From Gemmatimonadales bacterium (lineage in GTDB: Bacteria > Gemmatimonadota > Gemmatimonadetes > Gemmatimonadales > GWC2-71-9), in contig DASUOW010000083.1 of the NCBI GenBank assembly GCA_036276435.1, positions 1 to 36,189 of the forward strand: a DNA stretch of 36,189 nt. The letters are read 5' to 3'. A model generated the notes under the pieces. The model was not told where the DNA came from. It made no database searches and saw only the letters and a list, made by a program, of their open reading frames with translations. This document shows, one piece after another, positions 10,184-18,484 of this stretch (positions within the stretch are counted from its first letter, which is position 1; each line of letters opens with the position of its first letter). The position numbers and the translations under genes were made by a program.

Positions 10184-11076
10184 AGGGTCACCACCTCCAC
10201 GCTGGCGAGCACCGCGGCGGTGGTCGTGCTGTCGCGCAGCGGCAGCACGGTGCCGTTGAGCCGGGACTCGCGCAGCGTCGCGAAGTTCAGCTCGCCGATC
10301 ACCATCATCTCCTGGTTGTAGTTGCCCTCCGCGAGGAGCCCGTCCCGGGCGAACGGGAAGTCGCTCGGCGTGAGGATCGCCGCCTGGCCGTAGTTCAGGT
10401 GCACCGCCGGCACCATCGGCAGCGAGCCCACCGTGGACGAGACGACGACGTACATCTGGTTCTCGATCGCGCGCGCGTGCGCACAGTAGCGCACCCGGAA
10501 GAACCCCTGACGGTCGTCGGTGCAGCTCGGCACCACGAGCAGGTCGGCGCCCGACAGCGCCGCGGCGCGCGCGATCTCGGGAAACTCCACGTCGTAGCAC
10601 ACCGCCACCGCGAAGCGCCCGAAGGGCGCATCGAACAGCCGCAGCCCGGAGCCCGGCGACACCATCCACTCCTCGTCCTCGAAGCGCGTCATGTGCAGCT
10701 TCCGCTGCGTGCCGATCATGCCCCCGGGGCCGAACACCTTGCACTCGTTGTGGAGCACGCCGGACTCGGGATCCACCACCGGGAGCGTCCCGCCCACGAT
10801 GTGGATGCGGTGCTTCGCGGCGAGGCCGCTCATCAGCTCGACGAACTGCGGCTCGTAGTCGGCCAGGAAGCGCAACTGCTCCTGGATGGGGCGGTGGATG
10901 TCGCCCAGCGTGAGGAGCTGAACGGTGAAGTACTCGGGGAACACTACGAGCTGGCAGCGGTAGTCCGCCGCGGTGTCGACCAGCGCCTCGACCTGCTCGC
11001 GGAACTGGGTCAGGTCGGTGACGGGGCGGATGAAGTACTGGAGGGCGCTCACGCGCAGGCGGTCGTACTGGGTCAC
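10180..11076 (-). CDS. Carbon-nitrogen hydrolase (nitrilase superfamily)
   Basis: Glu-Lys-Cys triad contexts VVFPEYF, RKLHMTRFE, AVCYDVEFPE. Start moved to GTG 11076, preceded by AAGGTGGA plus a 6-nt spacer. The listed TTG start at 11133 sits inside a 17-bp hairpin. Confidence 0.85.
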   Translation of the reverse strand: MTQYDRLRVSALQYFIRPVTDLTQFREQVEALVDTAADYRCQLVVFPEYFTVQLLTLGDIHRPIQEQLRFLADYEPQFVELMSGLAAKHRIHIVGGTLPVVDPESGVLHNECKVFGPGGMIGTQRKLHMTRFEDEEWMVSPGSGLRLFDAPFGRFAVAVCYDVEFPEIARAAALSGADLLVVPSCTDDRQGFFRVRYCAHARAIENQMYVVVSSTVGSLPMVPAVHLNYGQAAILTPSDFPFARDGLLAEGNYNQEMMVIGELNFATLRESRLNGTVLPLRDSTTTAAVLASVEVVTL

Positions 11077-11109
11077 GCGGGTCCACCTTGAAAGACTCCC
11101 GCGTATGAA

Positions 11110-11154
11110 ACGCGAACCGCCGGACGATCGCAAGGACCGTCCGGCGGTTCGCGT
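11110..11154 (-). terminator. Strong GC-rich hairpin downstream of the pilin operon (17-bp perfect stem, 11-nt loop)
   Basis: acgcgaaccgccggacg (11110-11126) pairs perfectly with cgtccggcggttcgcgt (11138-11154). Lies 16 nt after the stop of the 11171-12301 gene. Only a short T run follows, so it is not a canonical intrinsic terminator. Confidence 0.55.
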
Positions 11155-11170
11155 CAGGCCTGCGACCGGC

Positions 11171-12301
11171 TCAGTACGTCGGCCAGTTGTCCGTCCAGGT
11201 GTTCGCGATGCGCTGCCAGCCGCCGAGGCGGTTGAGGGCGCTCGCGATGTCGCAGGAGTTGTACTGCACGAGGAAGTTGCCGTTGCCCACCGACGATTCC
11301 GGCACCGTCATCCCCAGCTTCACGTTGAGGCCGCTGATCATCGTGCCCCAGACGCGCGTGGCCGAGCCCGAGACGGACGCCGCGCCGCCGATCAGCACCA
11401 CGCCGCGCCAGGTGATGTTCGTCAGGTCCGCGTTGCCGGTGACGATCAGCACGCCCTTCCCGTCGAAGTTGTCGCCGCTGTTCAGGTTGCCGTTGATGCG
11501 CACCACCGGCCAGTTGTTGTACTGCGCCGGGTTCGTGGGGATCGTGCCCGTGGACGGCGTGACGTTGCGGTTCACCAGGAAGTCCGGCTGCAGCATCGTG
11601 CCGTTCATGATGCTGGCCCAGTCGATGTCCACCTCGGCCTGCGCGGTGCCGGTCGGGCCGGCCGTGCCCATGTAGTCCGGGGCGTTGTCCGGGGCGCCGT
11701 CGATGTAGGCGCCGGGGTTGCCGCCGCCGCCGCTCTGGGCGTGCAGGCCGTCGGGCACCGCGACGCCGGGGATCACGTTGCTCGAGTTGCACGCGTCCAC
11801 GCCGCTCACCGTGCCCGAGGTGCCGTTCTTCAGCACGCCGTTGAGGCTGGTGAACGCCGCATCCACGTCGATCGACGCCGTCTGCCACTGCAGCAGCTGC
11901 GACACGGAGCGCTCGGCGACGGTGGCGCGCGCATCGTACCGCTTGGCGCGCGTGTAGCGGCCGAGCGAGCGGGCGGCGTAGATCGTGGGATCGCCGGGGC
12001 CCGAGGTGAGGTGCATCCGGTGCAGCGTCACGTTCGCCGTGCCGCCCGTCAGCGTGAACGTCTGCGTCGACGGGAAGGTGCTTGGCAGCGACGTCACCTG
12101 GAACAGGTAGCGCTCGAGGCCGGACTGGGCCACCATCAGCGCGCCGGTCTGCGCTTCCATGTCGGCCGTGGTGCGCTGCTCCGACGAGGAGCGCACGAAG
12201 CCGGCGGCCACCGTGATCGTGAGCAGCACCACGAGGAGCAGCACCAGCACGATCGTCGAGCCGCGGTCGTTGCGGAGCATGCCGCGCGGGGTCGGGGTCA
12301 T
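11171..12301 (-). CDS. PilX/GspK-like minor (pseudo)pilin, large C-terminal domain
   Basis: Trimmed to ATG 12301. N-terminus RNDRGSTIVLVLLLVVLLTITVAAG is a PilX/GspK-type hydrophobic helix lacking Glu5. 3 nt after the upstream stop. Confidence 0.7.
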   Translation of the reverse strand: MTPTPRGMLRNDRGSTIVLVLLLVVLLTITVAAGFVRSSSEQRTTADMEAQTGALMVAQSGLERYLFQVTSLPSTFPSTQTFTLTGGTANVTLHRMHLTSGPGDPTIYAARSLGRYTRAKRYDARATVAERSVSQLLQWQTASIDVDAAFTSLNGVLKNGTSGTVSGVDACNSSNVIPGVAVPDGLHAQSGGGGNPGAYIDGAPDNAPDYMGTAGPTGTAQAEVDIDWASIMNGTMLQPDFLVNRNVTPSTGTIPTNPAQYNNWPVVRINGNLNSGDNFDGKGVLIVTGNADLTNITWRGVVLIGGAASVSGSATRVWGTMISGLNVKLGMTVPESSVGNGNFLVQYNSCDIASALNRLGGWQRIANTWTDNWPTY

Positions 12302-12303
12302 GG

Positions 12304-13164
12304 TCAGTCCAGCCGGTTGAGGAAGAAGACGGACGTCACGAGGTTCGCCTGCTCGGGCGCCGAGCTCCCGCGCACCGTGCGCTCGCTCTCGCCGGCGAGC
12401 TGGATCTCGATGCCGCGCAGGTTGGCCAGCGAGGTCGGCACCGTGTCCGACGGCACGCGGTTGTTCAGGATGAAGAACCGGAAGCGGGCCGTGGTGTCGA
12501 ACGGCGCCACGAGCTCCTCCACGTCGTCGACCACCGGGTTGCCCGACTGGTCCAGCAGCTTCCGCCACAGCCCCCGGCGGCCCGGCACCGCGGCCGAGTT
12601 CTCGAAGGCGTACTCGATGTAGCGGATCAGCGTGATCGGCGTGCCGATGGCGGGCACCGTGGCGATGCTGCCCTGCACCCGCAGGACCGCGGCGCCGGGC
12701 ATGATCGTCATGTTGGCCGGCGAGCTGGTGCAGAGGGACGTGGTTCCCGCCACGGGCGGCGTGTTGTTCATGTAGTACGTGTACTGCCCGTCGAGCGCGT
12801 TGCGCACGGCGAAGCCGGTGTAACCCATGCCGTAGAGCGTGGCGTCCACCGGCATGAAGAGGGCGGTGATGTCGGACCCCGACGCCTGGCACACGAGGCC
12901 CATCGCGTACGGCACCCGGATGCGGATCCGGCTCGGCTCCGCCAGCAGCACCCCGTCGTGCGCGTCCGTCATGCGCAGCTCGGCGCCCAGGAAGTTCACC
13001 GCGGTGCGCGCCACGCCGCGCGCGCTGCGGGTCTGCTCCACCCGGTCGTTGAAGCGGGACTGCGTCACGAAGATCTGCAGCAGGCTCGCGCCCAGGATGG
13101 CGGCGAGCACCACGCCGATCAGCAGTTCGATGAGCGTGACGCCCCGGCGAGCGGCAAGGCGCAT
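12304..13164 (-). CDS. PilW/GspJ-like minor (pseudo)pilin
   Basis: Trimmed to ATG 13164. Prepilin signal MRLAARRG|VTLIELLIGVVLAAILG (G-1, E+5). Confidence 0.75.
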   Translation of the reverse strand: MRLAARRGVTLIELLIGVVLAAILGASLLQIFVTQSRFNDRVEQTRSARGVARTAVNFLGAELRMTDAHDGVLLAEPSRIRIRVPYAMGLVCQASGSDITALFMPVDATLYGMGYTGFAVRNALDGQYTYYMNNTPPVAGTTSLCTSSPANMTIMPGAAVLRVQGSIATVPAIGTPITLIRYIEYAFENSAAVPGRRGLWRKLLDQSGNPVVDDVEELVAPFDTTARFRFFILNNRVPSDTVPTSLANLRGIEIQLAGESERTVRGSSAPEQANLVTSVFFLNRLD

Positions 13165-13166
13165 GA

Positions 13167-13574
13167 TCAGGTCCCCCCGAAGTCGAGCGCGCCGACGTTG
13201 CTGGCGCGGTCGATGATGACGGTATCGGGCGCGATGAGCCCGGCGGTGAGCGGCCGCACGATGACACGCACCTGCTGCTGCCGGTTGCTGATGTTCGTGA
13301 CGGTGGTGCAGCGCTGGTACGCCCACGGCGCCGAGGTGGTGGTGTCGCAGCTGGTGCCCACCACCAGGGCAGCCGTGGGCAGCGCCGTGACGCGCGCGAG
13401 CTCGGAGCTCAGGAACACCGTCTGGTACGAGCGCACCGAGCTGAGCGTGTTGCGCTTCGCGGTGCGCATCGTCAGGCCGGCGAGCGCGACGCTCGCGATG
13501 CCGAAGATCACGATGGCGATCAGCACCTCGATCACGGAGAAGCCGCGCCGGGCGCGGCGGGACGGTCGGGTCAT
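13167..13574 (-). CDS. PilV/GspI-like minor (pseudo)pilin
   Basis: Trimmed to ATG 13574. Prepilin signal MTRPSRRARRG|FSVIEVLIAIVIFGIA. 135 aa. Confidence 0.75.
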   Translation of the reverse strand: MTRPSRRARRGFSVIEVLIAIVIFGIASVALAGLTMRTAKRNTLSSVRSYQTVFLSSELARVTALPTAALVVGTSCDTTTSAPWAYQRCTTVTNISNRQQQVRVIVRPLTAGLIAPDTVIIDRASNVGALDFGGT

Positions 13575-13588
13575 GGGTCGGGTGGTCC

Positions 13589-14047
13589 TCACGGGGAGGG
13601 CGGCGTGGTGATCCGCACGAAGCCGGCGCTCGACATCGTGATCCGCCGGGTCTTGCCGTCGACGGTGATGTCCACCTCGAGCGCCGCACTCAGGCGTCCC
13701 GGCGGCAGGATCGTCACCGTCGCGGGCGTGAAGGTCATCGACGTCACGGTGTAGGGCGTGCCGGCGCCGAGGCCGCGCTCGAGGCGCAGCGCGCCGTCGT
13801 TGAGCACGTCGTTGAGCCGGTAGATCCGGTTCGGGCAGTCGCACGAGAGGATCAGCGGCTGACGCAGCCGGCCGCCCGTGCTGAAGGCGTTCTCGAGGTC
13901 GGCGGCCACGATCGACGCGGCCCGGTCCACCTTCGACCGCGAGATCGTCGAGCCCACCTTCGCCACGGCCATCGTCGCCAGGATGCCGACGACGACCACG
14001 GTGAGGGCCAGCTCGATCATGGTGAAGCCACGTCGGGTCGTGCGCAT
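13589..14047 (-). CDS. FimT/FimU/GspH-like minor (pseudo)pilin
   Basis: Prepilin signal MRTTRRG|FTMIELALTVVVVGILA followed by a GspH/FimT-like AADLENAF segment. 152 aa. First gene of the four-gene string. Confidence 0.78.
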   Translation of the reverse strand: MRTTRRGFTMIELALTVVVVGILATMAVAKVGSTISRSKVDRAASIVAADLENAFSTGGRLRQPLILSCDCPNRIYRLNDVLNDGALRLERGLGAGTPYTVTSMTFTPATVTILPPGRLSAALEVDITVDGKTRRITMSSAGFVRITTPPSP

Positions 14048-14088
14048 CGTCGGGTGCCTTGAATTGGGGGTCGGTCGGCGAGGAATAG

Positions 14089-14104
14089 AGCAGGGGCTAT
14101 GCCC
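14089..14104 (-). promoter_or_regulatory. Candidate sigma-54 (-24/-12) promoter for the pilin operon
   Basis: Minus strand reads gGGCATagcccCTGCT. The GG and GC elements have the consensus 10-nt spacing (consensus TGGCACG-N4-TTGCW). About 40 nt upstream of ATG 14047. Confidence 0.25.
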
Positions 14105-14286
14105 GGGCGGGCGTATTCTTCAAGTCGTTGTGCGTCAATGAGTAAGGCGTTTCACGGTCCTGCCGGACCCTCTGGTTTTCGACCAGAAGCTGCAGCGGAC
14201 TGCAAGGAACCGCACGAGACTCGTCGCCGGAAGGGCCGGCGGCTACCTTATTCGGCTCGCCCCACCGTCCCACTGGAGAGCCCGTC

Positions 14287-14532
14287 ATGCGCAGCCGCGA
14301 ACGCATCCTCGAGAACCTCGAGGCCATCTACCGCGAGTCCTTCGACCGCGCAAAGGAGGCGGGCTCGGCGCCGGCCATGGTCGAGCTCGAGAGCGCCTTC
14401 ATGCGCGACCAGCTCATGTTCGAGATCCTGCTCGACATGCGCGACCTGTTCACCGTCGCCCCGGCCGCGGGCCAGCAGGGCACCACCGCGCTCGAGACCC
14501 TCGAGCGCCTCCGCCGACTCGCCAAGCGCTGA
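14287..14532 (+). CDS. Hypothetical helical protein (81 aa)
   Basis: GGAGA 7 nt upstream of the ATG. Very high GC3. 5 nt upstream of the amidohydrolase gene. No family recognised. Confidence 0.65.
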   Translation: MRSRERILENLEAIYRESFDRAKEAGSAPAMVELESAFMRDQLMFEILLDMRDLFTVAPAAGQQGTTALETLERLRRLAKR

Positions 14533-14537
14533 GCCCC

Positions 14538-16193
14538 ATGACGCCTCGCCCGCTCATCCTCGCCCTCGCCCTCGCGGCCGCCTGCGACCGCGCCGGCGCC
14601 CCCGCCGACCTCGTCGCCTACGGCCGCGTCTGGACCGGCGACAGCGCCGCGCCCTGGGCCCAGGCCGTCGCCACCCGTGGCGAGCGCATCGTCTACGTCG
14701 GTGACAGCACCGGCGCCGCCAGGCTCGTCGGCGAGCGCACCCGCGTCGTCGCCGGCGCCTTCGTGGCCCCAGGCTTCGGCGACGCGCACGTGCACTTCAC
14801 CGACGGCGGCTTCCAGCTGCAGAGCGTGGACCTCCGGCCCGCGCAGTCGAAGGAGGAGTTCATCCGACGCCTCGGCGCGTACGCGAAGACGCGCAAGCCC
14901 GGCGAATGGATCCTCGGCGGCGACTGGGACCACGAGAGCTGGGAGGGCGCCCCGCTGCCCGAGCGCAGCTGGATCGACTCGATCACGCCCGACAACCCCG
15001 TCTTCGTGAACCGCCTCGACGGCCACATGGCCCTCGCCAACTCGGCCGCGCTGCGCCTCGCCGGCGTCTCCGCGGAGACGCGCGACATTTCCGGCGGCGT
15101 CATCGTGCGCGACCTCGCCGGGGTGCCCACCGGCATCCTCAAGGACGAGGCGCAGGTCCCGGTCTACAACGTCATGCCGCCGCCGACGCCCGAGCAGATG
15201 GACTCGGCACTTGTGCGCGCCTCGCGCTGGGCCGCCTCGAAGGGCGTCACCTCCGTGGGGAGCGTCTCCGCCGGATGGGACCAGGTCGCCGCGCTGCGCC
15301 GCGCCCATGCCGCGGGCCGCCTGGGCACGCGCGTGAGCACCTACGTGCCGCTCAGCGAGTGGCGCGCAGCCGCCGAGACGCTCCGGGTGCACGGCGCGGG
15401 AGACGAGGTGCTGCGCGTGGCCGGCGTGAAGGCCTACGTGGACGGCTCGCTCGGCTCCACCACCGCGCTGCTCGAGCGACCGTACCTCGACGATCCGGGC
15501 AGCACCGGACTGCTCACCACCCCGCGCGACTCCCTCGCGAGCTGGGTCGGCCGCGCCGACTCGGCGGGCCTGCAGGTCGCGGTACACGCCATCGGCGACC
15601 GCGCCAACCGGATCGTGCTCGACATCTTCGATAGCGTGGCCACGGCACACGGGGCTCGCGACCGCCGCTTCCGGGTCGAGCACGCGCAGCACCTGCGTCC
15701 CGCCGATATCGCGCGTTTCGGCGCCCTCGGCGTCATCGCATCGATGCAGCCCTATCACATCGCGGACGACGGGCGCTGGGCCTGGAAGCGCATCGGTCCC
15801 GAGCTCACGCGCACCACCTATCCCTTCCGTTCGCTGCTCGACTCCGGGGCGCGTCTCGCGCTCGGCTCCGACTGGACCGTGGCACCCATCGATCCGCTCC
15901 TGGGACTCAAGGCCGCCATCACGCGCCAGACGCTCGACGGCAAGAATCCGGGCGGCTGGGTGCCGGAGGAGAAGATCTCGCTGGACGAGGCGCTCCGCGC
16001 CTACACGGCCGGCGAGGCGTTCGCCAACTTCGGCGACGAGGCGCGCGGCGTGCTCAAGGTGGGACGGCTCGCGGACATCGTGGTGCTCGACCAGGACCTC
16101 TCCGCCATTCCCGCGGAGACCATCGATCAGGTTCAGGTGCTGGCGACGATCATGAATGGGCGGGTCGTCTTCGATCGGTCGATGGGGCACTGA
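14538..16193 (+). CDS. Metal-dependent amidohydrolase (YtcJ/Amidohydro_3-like), lipoprotein signal
   Basis: MTPRPLILALALAAAC lipobox. GFGDAHVHF metal-binding HxH. VHAIGD, VEHAQH and LGSDW blocks typical of the amidohydrolase-3 group. Confidence 0.88.
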   Translation: MTPRPLILALALAAACDRAGAPADLVAYGRVWTGDSAAPWAQAVATRGERIVYVGDSTGAARLVGERTRVVAGAFVAPGFGDAHVHFTDGGFQLQSVDLRPAQSKEEFIRRLGAYAKTRKPGEWILGGDWDHESWEGAPLPERSWIDSITPDNPVFVNRLDGHMALANSAALRLAGVSAETRDISGGVIVRDLAGVPTGILKDEAQVPVYNVMPPPTPEQMDSALVRASRWAASKGVTSVGSVSAGWDQVAALRRAHAAGRLGTRVSTYVPLSEWRAAAETLRVHGAGDEVLRVAGVKAYVDGSLGSTTALLERPYLDDPGSTGLLTTPRDSLASWVGRADSAGLQVAVHAIGDRANRIVLDIFDSVATAHGARDRRFRVEHAQHLRPADIARFGALGVIASMQPYHIADDGRWAWKRIGPELTRTTYPFRSLLDSGARLALGSDWTVAPIDPLLGLKAAITRQTLDGKNPGGWVPEEKISLDEALRAYTAGEAFANFGDEARGVLKVGRLADIVVLDQDLSAIPAETIDQVQVLATIMNGRVVFDRSMGH

Positions 16194-16335
16194 CGGCGGC
16201 GAGTCCACACTTCGTAGGTGTATGCGCTACTACTAGCGATTTCAGTGGTTACATGACTCCGGTTCCGGGGGTATTTTGGTGAGACCCCCGGAGGCGCGCC
16301 TCCGCCCCTCGTCCACGCCACCGAGCGTTCCCGCC

Positions 16336-18468
16336 ATGGCCACGCGCACCCCGTCGAAGTCCAAGGCGCCCGCCTCGTCGCGCCTCGAGAAGACCGAGCT
16401 GCTCGACTTGTACCGCATCATGTACATGTCGCGACGCATCGACGACCGGGAGATCCAGCTCAAGCGGCAGAACAAGATCTACTTCCAGATCTCCGGCGCC
16501 GGCCACGAGGCGGTGCTCGCGGCGGCCTCGAAGGTCCTGCGCGCCGGGCACGACTGGTTCTACCTCTACTATCGCGACCGCGCACTGTGCCTGGGCCTTG
16601 GAATGACGGCCACCGAGCAGCTGTTGAGCGCGGTCGGCGCCGCCGACGACCCGAACTCGGGCGGCCGGCAGATGCCGTCGCACTGGGGCCACAAGGAGCT
16701 CAACGTCGTGAGCGTCTCGAGCCCTACCGGCACGCAGTTCGTGCAGTCGGTGGGCGCCGCCGAGGCGTGGCTGCGGCTGAGCCAGATGCCCGAGGACAAG
16801 CGGCCCGACGTGCCGTTTCACGGCGATGAAGTGGTCCTCTGCACCACCGGCGACGGCACCACGAGCGAGGGCGAGTTCTGGGAGGCGCTCAACAGCGCCA
16901 CCAACCTCAAGCTGCCCGTCATCTTCCTGGTCGAGGACAACGGCTACGCCATCTCGGTGCCCGTCGAGGTGAACACCCCCGGCGGCTCCATCTCGAAGCT
17001 GCTCACCGGCTTCCCCGGCCTCTACATCCAGGAAGTGGACGGCTGCGACCCCCTCGCGTCCTACGACACGATGGTCCGGGCGGTGGAGTACTGCCGCCAG
17101 CGGAAGGGGCCGGCCCTGGTGCACGCGCACGTGATCCGGCCCTACTCGCACTCGCTCTCCGACGACGAGGTGCTCTACCGTCCCTCGTCGGAGCGCGAGG
17201 CCGAGGCGGCGCGCGACCCGCTGGTGACGTTCCCGAAGCGGCTCCTCGCCGAGGGCATCGCCACCGAGGCGGAGCTCGAGGCCATCCGGGCGGCCGTGGA
17301 CGAGGAGGTGCAGGTGGCCGCCGACGTGGCGCTCGCCTCGCCCCAGCCGGCCACCAGCACCATCTACGACTACGTCTATTCGCCCGACGTCGACCCCACC
17401 TCAGACGGCTTCGACACCGAGGACGACCCGCGCATGACCGGGGAGCCCACCACCATGGTGGACCTCCTGAACTCGTGCCTCAAGGAGGAGATGGCGCGCG
17501 ATGGCCGCATCGTCATCTTCGGCGAGGACGTGGCGGATGCCAGCCGCGAGGGCAGCCTCGAGCAGGTGAAGGGGAAGGGCGGGGTGTTCAAGGTGACGTG
17601 GGGGCTGCAGCGCGCCTTCGGCAGCAACCGCGTCTACAACTCGCCGCTGGCCGAGGCCAACATCGTGGGCCGGGCCATCGGGCTCGCCACGCGCGGCATG
17701 AAGCCGGTGGTCGAGATCCAGTTCTTCGACTACATCTGGCCGGCCTACATGCAGTTGCGCAACGAGCTCGCGCTCATGCGCTGGCGCTCCAACAACGCCT
17801 TCGCGTCGCCGGTCGTGGTGCGGGTCACCTACGGCGGCTACCTGAAGGGCGGCGCCATCTACCACTCGCAGACCGGGGCGGCCCTCTTCACCGGCATCCC
17901 GGGCCTGCGCGTGGTGTGCCCGAGCACGGCGCTCGACGCCAACGGCCTGCTGCGCACCGCCATCCGCTGCGACGATCCGGTCATCTTCCTCGAGCACAAG
18001 CACCTCTACCGCCAGACCTACAACAAGGCGCCGAACCCGGGCCCGAACTTCATGATCCCCTTCGGCAAGGCGAAGGTGGTCCGGCCGGGCACCGATCTCA
18101 CCGTGATCACCTACGGGGCGGTGGTGCAGCGCTGCCTGGTGGCGGCCAAGGCGGTGGAGGAGCAGATTGGGGCGAGCGTCGAGGTGATCGACCTGCGCAC
18201 GCTCTCACCGGTCGACTGGGACACCATCTTCGCCTCCGTGCGCAAGACGAGCCGGGTGCTGGTGGCCTACGAGGATTCGCTCTCTTGGGGCTACGGCGCC
18301 GAGATCGCGGCCCGCATCGCCGACGAGGCGTTCCACTGGCTCGACGCACCGGTGCGCCGCCATGCGGCCACGGATACATTTGTGGCCTACGCCCCGGAAC
18401 TCGAAGACGTGATCCTGCCGCAGGTGGACTCCCTGCGTGCGTCGATGGAGTCCGTGCTCGCCGTCTAA
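16336..18468 (+). CDS. Fused 2-oxoacid dehydrogenase E1 component, alpha + beta subunits in one polypeptide (TPP-dependent)
   Basis: Trimmed to ATG 16336. E1-alpha region ([42 protein letters not shown]) is followed by an E1-beta transketolase-like region ([26 protein letters not shown]). Confidence 0.9.
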   Translation: MATRTPSKSKAPASSRLEKTELLDLYRIMYMSRRIDDREIQLKRQNKIYFQISGAGHEAVLAAASKVLRAGHDWFYLYYRDRALCLGLGMTATEQLLSAVGAADDPNSGGRQMPSHWGHKELNVVSVSSPTGTQFVQSVGAAEAWLRLSQMPEDKRPDVPFHGDEVVLCTTGDGTTSEGEFWEALNSATNLKLPVIFLVEDNGYAISVPVEVNTPGGSISKLLTGFPGLYIQEVDGCDPLASYDTMVRAVEYCRQRKGPALVHAHVIRPYSHSLSDDEVLYRPSSEREAEAARDPLVTFPKRLLAEGIATEAELEAIRAAVDEEVQVAADVALASPQPATSTIYDYVYSPDVDPTSDGFDTEDDPRMTGEPTTMVDLLNSCLKEEMARDGRIVIFGEDVADASREGSLEQVKGKGGVFKVTWGLQRAFGSNRVYNSPLAEANIVGRAIGLATRGMKPVVEIQFFDYIWPAYMQLRNELALMRWRSNNAFASPVVVRVTYGGYLKGGAIYHSQTGAALFTGIPGLRVVCPSTALDANGLLRTAIRCDDPVIFLEHKHLYRQTYNKAPNPGPNFMIPFGKAKVVRPGTDLTVITYGAVVQRCLVAAKAVEEQIGASVEVIDLRTLSPVDWDTIFASVRKTSRVLVAYEDSLSWGYGAEIAARIADEAFHWLDAPVRRHAATDTFVAYAPELEDVILPQVDSLRASMESVLAV

Positions 18469-18484
18469 CCGCCAAGGAGGGCGC

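Noticed and set aside
9503-13844. Very long listed ORFs suggesting large fusion proteins: 9503..11086 (527 aa), 11171..13267 (698 aa), 12304..13689 (461 aa), 13167..13844 (225 aa), and likewise 24511..26604 and 34245..35837.
   Set aside because: Their N-terminal parts are alternative-frame read-throughs of the upstream gene or antisense of a neighbour. In each case an internal start immediately follows the upstream stop (2-14 nt gaps or a GTGA overlap). Each internal start begins a recognisable signal peptide, prepilin leader or domain.
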